64,000 nt of DNA from assembly GCF_022539665.2 (NCBI RefSeq), contig NC_081332.1, forward strand, positions 3,410,001-3,474,000, read 5' to 3'. This document shows positions 27,001 to 39,600 of the stretch, in pieces; position 1 is the first letter of the stretch, and every line of letters starts with the position of its first letter. Under the pieces are notes generated by a model that saw only the letters and a list, made by a program, of their open reading frames with translations, was not told where the DNA came from and did no database searches. The position numbers and the translations under genes are program-made. The DNA is from Daphnia carinata. Lineage: Eukaryota.

Positions 27001-29342
27001 CAGTGCGTGACTTAATCTCCTTTGGGATACACGCAGACACACAGCCTATAAGCCTTTTTTGTGGGGAGGGGAAGGGAACGCTGTCTTAGATATTGTTGTG
27101 TCTATGTTAACCAGATGGCCTAGCGAAATGATGTGCTAAAAAAAAAACACAGATTTTCATCACATTCTGAAAAACAAAGGTCATATCAGATCGACAGGCG
27201 ATACCGTCCTCCGCGAAACGCTGCGATCCCTGGGCGGATGGCCCGTCCTCGACATGGGCTGGTCCACCGGTCAAGGTGCCAGTTTAGAATCGGTGGAAAA
27301 TCTGCTCGGTCGACTTAGAGGGGACCTCAACCAAGGAGTCTTGATCGAACAATGGGTCGGTCCCGACGATAAGAACTCATCCGTCAACATTATCCAGGTA
27401 AATTTTTATTATCGCTGCGTATTAAGAGAGACACGTACTATATCTGTGATTATTAATTCAGTGAGAAACTCGATACTCGCTGTTGCTAATAAGCTGTTCG
27501 TCAAAACTTGTCTGGCTGCAAAGAAACAAAAATTTCGCTCTCTGTAGACATAGAAAATTAATTGGATCAACGTATTCTTTTTTTTTTTACGTTGTCACGC
27601 ACGTATTTTCAAAACATCTTGGATTTGCCACTATTTTTTGAAGCTCGACCAAATGCAATTAGGCCTACCCGGTCGCGATTATTACCTGAAATCCAGCAGC
27701 GCTCGCGACTTGAAAGCCTATCATCGCTACATGACCGAAGTGGCCGTCTTGCTGGGCGCCGATAAACGCTACGCATCGGATGAAATGAAAAAAGTCCTCC
27801 ATTTCGAGACTCTTCTGGCCAACATTTCCACTCCGGAAGCGGACCGGCAAGACACGGGAGCCATCTACGATCAGCTGACTTTAGTCGAGCTGGAACGTCG
27901 CGTTCCAGAGATTCGTTGGCGTGAATATTTGAACGCTTTCCTTCCCAATTTAACAGTCGAAGATTCGGAACCGATTGTCAGCTACGCTATGAGTTATTTC
28001 GAAGAACTGGGCAAACTTCTAATGCGGACGGAGCGTCGCATCGTTCAAAACTACGCTCTTTGGCGTCTGATCATGGAACTGGTACCTCACCTGTCTGATG
28101 ATTACCTGGAGAAGAGGGCCGAATTCCGGCGGGTGCTGACCGGTGTTTTGAGCGAGCGCAACCGTTGGAACCAATGCGTCGACTGGACCAATAAGAAACT
28201 GGGCATGGCCGTCGGCGCCATGTTCATTCGCGACAACTTCAACCAGGAAAGTAAAGCTGTGGCCCTAGAGATGATTCACACTCTTCGAGAGGCTTTCATT
28301 GACATTCTGGACGAGATTGAGTGGATGGACGGCGACACTCGTCAAGTTGCCCGTCAGAAAGCCCTGGCCATGAACGAGCGCATCGGTTATCCGGAGCTGC
28401 TGACCAAAGCGGACGCCCTAGATGAAGAGTACGCTTCTCTCAATGTCAGCGACGGACATTTCCAAAACATTCTCAGTGTCAAGCGCTACGAAGCCCAGTA
28501 TAACCTGCACAAACTGCGCCAGACCGTTTCCAAAGATAAATGGTCAACAGAGCCGGCCGTCGTCAACGCCTTCTACAATCCAAACATGAACGACATCGTC
28601 TTCCCGGCCGGAATTTTGCAACCTCTTTTCTACAGCAGCCAATTCCCGAAGTCTCTCAACGTAAGTGACATATTTTTTCAAAATAAATCATAAAAATAAC
28701 TTGTTTCCCACGATTAGTATGGCGGGATCGGCGTGGTGATCGGTCACGAAATCACGCACGGATTCGACGACAAAGGCCGGCAATTCGACAAAGACGGGAA
28801 CCTGAAGCAGTGGTGGAATAATGCAACGGTGCAGGCCTTCCGGCAGCGCACTCAGTGCATTATCGACCAATACTCAAACTATAAACTAGATGATGTCGGA
28901 CTTCACATTAACGGGCGGATGACACAAGGAGAAAACATCGCTGATAACGGTGGCCTCAAGCAAGCCTATCGAGCGTATCGCAAATGGGTCGGACGTCATG
29001 GCGAAGAGCCTCTGCTACCAGGTTTGTTACTCTGATCTATGCGCCTTCATCCTATTGAGGTGCACACGCGAGCTTGATATTTTATGGATAAAGAGCAATC
29101 GCATCAATACATTAACAGGTCTGAATCTGAGCCACGATCAGCTCTTCTTTCTCAACTACGCCCAGATTTGGTGTGGCACTATGAGGCCGGAAGATGCTTT
29201 GACCAAAATCCGATCATCGGTACACTCACCGGGGCCCATACGGGTCCTCGGTCCGTTATCCAACTCGCCCGAGTTCGCTAAAGCCTATCAGTGTCCACTC
29301 GGCTCTCCGATGAATCCGCATCATAAATGTTCCGTATGGTGA
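24094..29342 (+). CDS. Nep1: Neprilysin (M13 zinc metallopeptidase), Nep1-like type II membrane protein, about 875 aa
   Basis: Exons 24094-24658, 25639-25692, 26363-26524, 26678-26761, 27180-27397, 27644-28660, 28718-29021, 29119-29342. Motifs: TM anchor after [39 protein letters not shown] zinc motif, [10 protein letters not shown]-terminal CSVW. Confidence 0.95.
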
Positions 29343-30634
29343 ACATTTTTGGGTTCGTTTTTATTATTATTATTTTCTTAATCCGCACACAGTGTCCTCT
29401 ATTCTTCTTTTATTTGTCTCTTGATTTTTTTTTTGATTTTTTTCCACCGAAATCGTTTTGGTGAAAGTTCGAGGGGGAAACAAGAACAAATTAACAACAA
29501 GAAAAAAGAATATTTTATACAGGCTCGACGTAGAATGCGAACCCAATGAATTTTTTTCAGAAATTATTTTTGTACATAGAAGTGATAGCGGATACATTTT
29601 TTGTTTATTGGAGGAAAAAACAAAACGGGGAGGAAATGAAGTAATGTGAATTTTCTAGCTACGCCATTTCTTAGCACCAAAAAAAAAAGAAATTAACAAA
29701 CGTCCCTTTTTCCTCCGTAATATTTGGCAATGGCGTGCGAACTTTGCTTTCACAGGACCCACTAAAAGTGCCGTACGTCTCTCTTTTCCTGTTCTTATTA
29801 TGTATTCTTTATGACAATGTTGTGACTCTTTCTTTTGCAAAACCAAAAAAAAACAACAAAAAACTAATCAAGAAAAAAAGATTATTCACACACAATTGAG
29901 AAGAAAGGAAATGAGATTTGCCCTCCAACCCTTTTTTATTCTATCATATGTTCACGTACCGACACACAATTCGTCCAATTTTTTATAACTCAAATAATAA
30001 TTCAAAAAAAATTGAAAAAAAAATTCTATATAAGAAGTTAATAACCAAACCTTTCGGCAAGTATGTATAACAATACACGTCGCGTTGTTTATTATTTCAT
30101 CACATATCTGACAAACACACTCGGCTCTTTTGCTCGCTTTGCCTCTCGGTAAGGATAATATGAAAATATTCACAGACGTACACAAATACATTTCTAAAAA
30201 AACATTTCCAGCCTCTAGCAGAAACAAATTATAGCTTTACAGTGTATATAGCGCGAAATCAGAAAAAGAATGCATCAATTATAATTGGTCTAAACGATTT
30301 AAAAAGTATTTAGAGAGGGATAAAAAATGAGATGTTAACAATCTCTTGAAGTAGTTAGTAACTCTGATTAGTGGTTTTCTTGCATTATGGATTTTCGTCT
30401 GCTATTTACACACACACACGTAAAACAGTAATTTAGAGATATGATTTTTTTTTGTAAATACAGTTGACAATTCCTTTTGACTGATGGATATACAAAAATA
30501 AAACCAATGAAAAAAATAAGGAATATGCTGAAAAGCCCCGTCTGATAAAGAAAAACAGACAAAAATGAAAAAAAAGACGTAAACGTTGATTTACAGCTAT
30601 TAGTGTCACAACCGATATCAGCAACATGTTTCAT

Positions 30635-33600
30635 TCATTCGTTAAGAATAATGCTGGATTTTTTACTCTTTCTTTTATTTTCTTCCTTGTCTTTACGAGC
30701 TTGTTCCTCGATAAAGTTGCCAGATAGCGCCAGCAATCTGTAGCGTTGACGTAGATTACGCGCTCGAACGTGAGATGAGGCGATTTCCACTGTGTAGTTG
30801 CCCGGGAACCAGCCGCGCTGATCGTCTCGCATCCGTTCGCCTTGATACCAACCTAATATATAGGGGCATTGAGTGGTAGGGAAGGGCAATCAAAAAGAGA
30901 AAAAAAAAGTGTCAATGTCTCCATAGGCAATTACAGAAAGAGAAAAAAAGAAAACGTTGGAAAATTTTGAAACAAAGAAAGAAAAACCAAATCGAGAAAA
31001 GCATCGAGCACGTGGGCAAGCAAACGCCATCTACAAAGAAATCCGCGCCTTAAATTTAGTTGAAAGTGAACTCGCACACTAAAAAGGTGAAACCAAAATG
31101 GCTTAATGGTAATAACCCTTTTTTTTCTTTCTGTTGTGACCATAGGGAAAAGAAAAGAAAATCAAACTCCAGCCCCATACACCACACAGGTACATAGAAT
31201 GGGATTTTCCACAGAAAGAAAATGATTATTACATCATAATTTACCAATGTGTTTCTTAAACCACAGGCTGTGAACATTCACCTGCTTTGCTTTTTAAAAA
31301 TGGTGAGTGGAAAAACAATTAGATGAATGAGGCATGCACACATTCTGATGCATGCAGTCAAAAGCTGGTTAATAATACCTAAATGGAGTTAATCGGTCAC
31401 TATACAAGTTTCCCTGCTGTGTGTTACCCATCTCAAAGCGCAGTCATTTCAGCAGAGCCATCATCTTCCTCATCTACACAACCAAACCATCACAGGTATT
31501 TACATATCCAAAAATTAATACCAGTTTCCAGTACTCCCATAACACACCCACAATATTCGATATCCAAAAGTGTTAATAAAATTTGAATGTTAATGTTGGT
31601 TAATCAAAAATATTGTTAATACCACATATCAATGTTATCTGTAATTAAAGCCAACACTATTCACTGGAATAACTTACAAACAACAAATAATTTTCTTTAG
31701 AATTCAAAACTTGGTGTGTGACATTACCGTCTGCCATTTTACGTAGGACGTTGACTACGTCAGCGACTTCCAGAGACAGTTCATCCGGCTGAGTGGCAAC
31801 ATAAGGATGAATGACCTGAAAACAGAAACAGAACTCGTTAATATAAGAACAGCTTCATGCGAGCGAGCTATTCATCAAACTGAAGGTTTCACCTGAACTT
31901 GGGGGCAATCCCACTCTTCGTAAATCTTCTCCTCTGGATTGTCTGACGTCCGCGGAGTTACGGCTTCCAGCCATCGAGTCCGATCGGATTCAGACGAGCA
32001 AGAGAGAATCTGTTTACAAGTAAGAACAAAATTTTACAACCAACTCGCCTTACATAACCCAAATCAAATTACCATTTCTACTGTTTTGTTTTCATGGTTT
32101 TGCAGCATTGTCAAGAGGATCAAATTCTTGCCCAGCTCGGATCCTGGTTTCCCAATGGGTTTTTCCGTACGCATGTGTTCATCCACTTGAACCATATTTC
32201 GAGGGCAGTAATCCAGCACGGCGTAAGAATCCTCTCTGTAAGTTTTACGACATCAATTTGGTTGTGAAAATTGAAGCCATTAAAATATTTATGCTTACGA
32301 ATTACCCTTTCTTTTTAGTGATGACCAAGAGATCTGTGAACAAGAAAACGTAGACCGTCTGCTTGTGGATTTTTCGGCCGAACGTGAGACGAGCGTCAAT
32401 GTCTCGCCACATGAGACGCTGCATCTCACCTTTCTTGACCAACCAGCGTGAAGCGGACATGATCGAAATGGCCTTGACGTCGGCGAAATCCAGCTGATTA
32501 GATACGACCAGCATCTCGTGGATGCGTTCGGCCTTGCGCGCCCCTTCGTTGCACTCTTGCACAATCTACTCATCGTAAACAAGAAACTAAATTATTATAT
32601 GGCTCTTCGCAAACAATTCAAGCAAGTCTGACCTTGTTCAAGGTGGCGAGAGTCATCCGACAGCGTTCAAACTCTGCCGAGCCGCTGTCTAGTCGATGAA
32701 AAATGGCGTCGACGAGCAATGGCAATCGAGTGATTCGCTGCATTGGCAACATGAGGAAACTGTGCATGGCTAATGACTGGCACACGGGACTGGCCTCTAA
32801 CCGACGCAGACAGTCAACAAACATTGGCTTGGTCTCCCTGGAAAAGGAGACGAAGAAGAATGATTAATTGGCATCTAAATTTCGTGAACACGTTACTTGA
32901 GCTCCCTCAGCATGCGCTCCTGATAGAGCTGATTGGTGCAGTACTTGATGTAGACTTCGAAATGTTTGGAAGCGTGTTCCAAAAGGATGTCGCAAATCTC
33001 GCGAATGAAGACATTCTCTTGCCAGCGCCGCTCCAAGTCGGCTAGAAGAGCTTCTGAGCATTCGCGTACCGGCACAATATCGGAGAAAAGAGTGTGGCGC
33101 TCCAGACGAGTGAGCAATGCTTCGCCGGCCGTTTCTCCGGAAAATTCACAACTCTGTATAAAGTGGGTCGTCAACACATTCAGCGATCGCAGGTACGAAG
33201 CTTCTGACGTAATCAATTCAAATTTGGCTTCTTGAAGTTTGCGCTGTTGCGGTGAAATGGTTTCTAATAACAAAAAATAATTATCACCATCTTTCTTTTG
33301 CTACGTTTAGGGTTTATGTAGCTCACCTAAAAGGCCACTGTTGATGACTTGAGGTAATTCACACCACAGAGTTCTCCGACCGCTTGATGGCATCACCAGT
33401 TCCATGGCTGTCGGCAATTTGGCATTGTATCCCTTAATGTCTTGATGTTCGTCCTCTTTGCGGCGATGTTCACCAATGACTTCGTAGTCATCCTCTTCAC
33501 TTCCATCCCCTTGGTTTTGCGTGGCACGCTGAATTTTTAAAAGGACAACAATGACAGTAAGAAATGAAATTCAAGACATGCTTTCACGAATTACCTCAAT

Positions 33601-36600
33601 AATGGCAGCTGTGTAAAATTGATACAGGGGCTCGTCGGCGAAATGACTACTGATATACAATTCCTCCGACTCGATTGGCGATTGCAGATCCAGATAATTG
33701 CGGACATTGTCCTGTTGTGTTGAACGCTCTGGCGCAGAAGCCAAATCACCGACGCCCATATAAGTTTCGCTGGAATGGCGCGAAGAAGTCACGCTAGCCA
33801 TGGACAGTCGGCTGTAAGGTGTGCTCAACGAGGTAAGTGGAGCACTGCTTTCGTCTTTGGACCTCTGTCCATGTGTAACGAAAGCAATGTCGCTATAATT
33901 CATCGATTGATCCATTAACAGGGATCGTTCAGCGGCTATCCGGCTCTCACTGAAGGCCGTTGGCAGCCTCGAAAGAGGCTTTTTAGCTGGAACGCTGGCC
34001 AGCGGAGGAGGTGATGCTGCCAAGGCAGATTCGGCCGCCGCATGTTGTTGCCATACCGGAGATTTAACTGGTGGAGCAGGTGGAGCAGTTTTAGGTCGAA
34101 CGGTTGATTGATATTGTGGACCAATAGAGAAGGCGGAAGATATCCTCTTTGGTCGAACGGGCACTTTGGAAGAATCGGGAGACTGAGGACTTATCAATGG
34201 TGGCACTGGACTGGGCGTCGACACCGGTTCGGGACTGGACGCCTCGCTGACTGCAGGACTTTTGTTATTGGTTCTGTAATTTTAGAAAAACAAAATAATA
34301 AGGTCATCATATTTTTGCCTCTTAAAAACCTTTGATTAAAAAAAAAAAAAGATATGGTGAGTGACAAGTTATTCTAGTTGATAAATTCCTTATTTTTTGT
34401 TTTCAAAACAGGTTTTTCTTTTTCTAAACAGGAGAAACGACACATGTCTTTTGGTGTGGAGGGAAGCAGCACGTACTTGACTGGTGTCGTTGGCTGCTCG
34501 ATAGTCAACGTCAGATAGAAAGTCGAAGCTTTTTCTTTGTTTCCAGTGACACCATAAGTGGGTGACACGATAGTCATCCGCCGTCGAATTTGGCGCATCG
34601 CCCATGTGCCTTTCTTCTTGTGGTCACTGCTGTTTGGACGAACCTCCGGATGTCCTGGAGAAGTTGGCGATGATGGCGAATAGATTGGCTCTTTATTGGC
34701 TGCTCCATTGTTACTCTTATCCGGAGACATTTCCCGCCTCGAAGCGGATGGTTTAAAGACTTCACTCAGATCTGCTACGCTTGCCGTGCTCTTCTTTTTG
34801 ATGCGCGTGATGGATTTACCAATGTCCGTCTTGGTCGTAGTCCAGTTACGACGCAGTCGGCGCATTTGCTCACCAGCCAAATCAGCGAATCGACCGATTT
34901 TCACTTGACCCGACCGTAACGATGGATCTTCGCTCTCTTTGGACCGTTCCGATCCGGATCTCGATCCAGGACGTTCTCTCGATGTATCCGATGTTGCATC
35001 CTTTTTTTGTTAAATATTTAAATAAATTTTATTTTCATAAAATAGATATGGATGAAAGTACATACCAGTCCTCGTACGACGACCTCTTCGAAAGCGTCAT
35101 CCGAATCGAATGAATCGTCGAAGCTGTCGTCGTGATGATCCAAAAGTGTCACAGAAGCCGCGGCTCCCATTGATGTCAATCGCGGATTAATAACTTCGTA
35201 AAGGGCCTCGTAGTGATGGTCGTCCGCCAGATCATCGCCATCGCTTTCACCTGGATCCAGCGATTTAATCAAAAAGAGGTAAATATGTGAAAGACGTGGT
35301 AGGTAACAACAAAGGGATATAAACAGTAAAGAGTCATTGGTCCCGTTTTGTTCGTTCGCTTTCCCCCTTAAATTTTTAAAGAGCTATCCTCTTTTTCTAC
35401 TTATCAGATGGTCACGGATACAAACGGAGATCCCCCGGAAGAGGAGAAAGTTCTAGGACGAACAAAAATTCTTTTTCTTCGTGACCGCAGAATTGCGAAA
35501 GATGATGTCCGCCTGCGTGCGAAGAGAAACAAAAGAGGACAAACCTTCCAACCAGCAAGCTACTGACTGCATTTCTATCGTGTCTTCAACTGTGACATTC
35601 CTCATCGCTTGAATGTTATTCCTACCACCGGAAGGCGGCAGGGGGGCTGGTGGACGACATCCGTCCAACTTGGGAGCAACTGGCTCGACTAGACCTTCAA
35701 GGGAATTGGCCAGGCAAATACGTGACGTGGACGACACGTACACTTGATACGGATCGTTGTCCTTTTGGCTGCGGGATCGATCCGTTTTCACGTTCCTCAT
35801 CAACGCTCCTTGGAACTCTGAAAGCTGAGCAGGGAGTGGCTGATGGCTGATGGAGCGGAGACGAGCCGGGAGTGGCGGTCGGGCCGGAGGCGGCCGCTTC
35901 TTGACAGAATGTTGGCCAGCGCCATCGTTACGGACAGACTTGGCGACGGGTTTTTCCGTCTCTTTACGCTCCAATAGAGCGGCGGCGCTGCTGGCGTGTC
36001 GACGCAACAACATGATCTGTTGCGGAGACATGTGATCCCGATGGATGTAAATCTACGCCACGCTGCCGTTGTTCGCAATTGTAGCTGCAGCGACCCGTCT
36101 CCAATGTCGAATTATGAGCGACGAAATGAAACATTACAACCGATCAGGTCCGGCAGCGAACACAACGACGACCTTGGTGGGCAACACAAAAAAATTCTGC
36201 CTGCCAGCCAACACCGACAAATTCTTATCCTATGGCAACCATAGTACGCACGGTATACTTTCACTCTAACACAAAAAAAAACTCTCTTTTTACTGTTCTC
36301 CAGACATGAGTCAACTTTTAGAGGTTCTGAAACCACGATGAACCATCGGAGGAATGGAAAAAGGGCACCATCTGCTTTCTTAAAAACTATTGTTTTTCGG
36401 CTGATGGTAAAGACAAATCGGATATTACGATGGCTACATTTAATTACAAGAACATCCAGAGAAACACACAAAAGGATGGTCACACTGGAAGGACACGACC
36501 AAAACAGAACGGAGGTAAATTTTTTTAAGACTTTGTTTTGTTTTTCGTTGCTTGTGTGTGTTGAGCGAACGAAAAACTTTCGCTTCGGCTCTGGCGCCGA

Positions 36601-39600
36601 GTTAGAAACTCTCTGAGAGTGAGACACACACAAACATACGTCCTGGCCACCAATCTCTCGGCTCACATACGTAAAAAGAAAACTTTCACTCCCGACGCTA
36701 TCGCCATCTCTTGTGTGGAACTGACAATTCGATGGAAAAATTGCCTAGGACCTCCTGTCCGCGCACACATTCCTTTCGTAGGCACATTGTTTTTTAGAAT
36801 GTATATTATTATTATTAATATGATTATTATTATTGCGTGGGTTTTGAAACAAAAAAAAAAAAAGAAGGACTCTATGGCAGACTGACGTCACCCGCCTTTG
36901 TGGAAAAAAGAAAGACCTTGGTGATGGCGCCGGCGGAATTGATTAGAAAAACAGATGATGGGCAAGCAAGAGGCAACCAAACCAGTATATGCCATCTACA
37001 CACCGACCCTGCAAAAGTAACCCAAAAACCGTGTGTGTACCTTTGACTTAGACAACGTCCCTGTGTGCAAAATAACCCTGCGGGCTCTCTTGTGTTATAA
37101 GCCGAGATGTTATTTTATTTTGCCTGGCGCACCTTTTTCTACCTCATTTCTTGCCTCTCTTGTATACGTGTCATTTAAACCAACTCGTTTTCCTTTTTAT
37201 TTTTATTTTTCCTCCTGGAACACTCCCAACCGGAGCCGCGGATGAAACCAGACCCCCCTCAAGCTATTACAGCTATCAGTTGGGAAATCGCTCGAACGAA
37301 AATCTCCGAAAAACGTTTAAAGAAAAGAAGGCGTAAGGAAGTTTATGTTCTTAACACGAATCGCATTGTGTTCAAATCTAAAATTATTTTGTCCCTAACT
37401 AAATTATTATTTGTTTTCCAGGCAAACGACAAAGTACAGGATAATCAATAATTGCGGAATCGTCCTTGGAAAGTTCAAAATCAACCGAGTAAGACACAAC
37501 AGCTGGCCATACTAAAATGCCCGGTTAGTACTACGCAATTACGCATTTCTTTATGATTATTCAGGAAGATTCAATGCTGTGAAAACACCCGCACGTTCTT
37601 GAAAAACGAGAGGGAAAAAAATTGCGGTGGGAAGTAATATGGTAACTTCCGGTGGACGCCATCACCATAGTTTTTATCTACGAGAGAACAGGAATCCCAC
37701 ATGTCCGCATCTTGTTTTGTTTTTTTACCACGCAAAAATGAAAATGCTCCACCAATTTATTTTGGTTCAGGTATCCATTAATATTTTCGAGGTTTATTAT
37801 TATGATTTCTGACGCTTTCGTTCTTTAGTTTTATAGTTCATTCACGATCTGAGCTGCGTGATGATGCGAGAGCTCCTATGACTGATTTCGACATTCTCAG
37901 CTTTTTATGGCGAGCTTTCAACTTGGAAAAGGTGAACAGGTAAACATTTTTTTTTTTTTTTACCTTTCTGAGTGAGAAAAAATTAAAGAAAAAGGTGCGT
38001 GTAAAGAGGGGCCGTGAAAGAACTTTTATCTCTTCCGAGTGTTATTGCGGTTCGGCTTGGCAATCGCTGATGACCTAGATGACTGTGAGTAATGAGTCCG
38101 TTTGTTTCTTTTTGATGATTACGGCTGCATTACGTGCTTACTGCTATTACAGCTAAAATTAGACTTTGCAAAGCTGTTTTTGAAATATAAAAAGAAAGAT
38201 GAAGTCGCGTGAGGCAAAAGGGATACTCGCAATCTCACGATAAAAATATTCGTTATCGTTTGTTGAATGGGGAAAATTCTTACAGGGGATTCCATTGTGT
38301 CAAGCGATTTTGATTTAGTGCTTGTCTTATCTGAAAGATGTAATACGACGATGTTAATGACGAAAGGTAGGGCAAGACGAGAGAAATTTGATCGGCACTT
38401 CCGGATGCGCGCTGTAACGCATTTTTAACTTTTACAATCGCATCCGCATTTGACGCAATACGTCCTCGTTATTATGTTAATATTTCATGCGTCATCTTTC
38501 GAAAACGATAGTTAGAGCCATCTATCGACAGTTGATTATAACTAAAGCGAACAGGTGAAGGGAACGGAGAAAAACAAAATCGAACCGGAAATGAACCAAT
38601 CACAAAAAAATACAAGTTTTTTTTGTGGTTTTGGGCGTGGATTCTTGCGAGAACAGGCTTTTTCTTTCTTTTGTTTGTCTTTTTGATTGCGGTCTTTGTC
38701 TTTCCCGACCAAGATTCAGTGACAGATACGCCGATTGTTTTATTTGCAACCGGTTGGTCACGGCCGCCTAGTCACACTTTCCCGAACCGGCTGAAAGCCA
38801 CGAACGCAGAGGCAAACAAAAGAACAAACACACAAACAAAAAGGGAGTGATGTCATAATATCAAAAATTGACGGTGCATGATTTTTTTTTGTTTTCATTC
38901 GCCCAAGGAGCCACGACATTTTCTGCTCTTTTCCCTACTGTTCAACTTTCAAAAGGACAAATGATTGGAGCTCCTTGCCCACCGTTTCCTTCAAATTGCC
39001 AATGCCTTTCAGTATCGAATCAATCAATAACCATTTTTCTTTTCTTTTTTTTTGCTTGTTTAGTTTCGTCATTCAACGAATGCCGCGGCTTCTAATGGCC
39101 TTCGACAATATCTCACGCAACACACCTGACTGTTGTTGGACAAAGCTGTGCAGCACGTTTTGGATAGACGTGAGTACCTAACCCAAAGTAATTATAAACT
39201 AAGAAAAAAAAACCTTCGAAAGCTATAACTAATTAACTGCATAGTAGCAGTTGAACGCTCCCACTAACGGCGCGGGAATGTGAAGGGGGAAAAGAAAAAT
39301 AGCTAAACGCCAAAAGTATTAGTCAAATAAATTAAACTAACCGTAGTCCTCCCACGTTTGGCTGCTGCCCGTTCCACTGGCCTCCGTTTCGGCTGAGGGT
39401 AGCCGCCTGGCCGACGACTTTGTCATATGAACAGCCGACGTAGCAAACGTATCTGCATTGCTTGTTTCGGCAACGGCTACAGATGGCTTTAATTTGCCGG
39501 CCCGCTGTACTTGATGCCGCACATCTTTGCCGACCCGCTGTACTTGATGCCGCACATCTTTGCCGACCCGCTGTACTTGATGCCGCACATCTTTGCCAGT

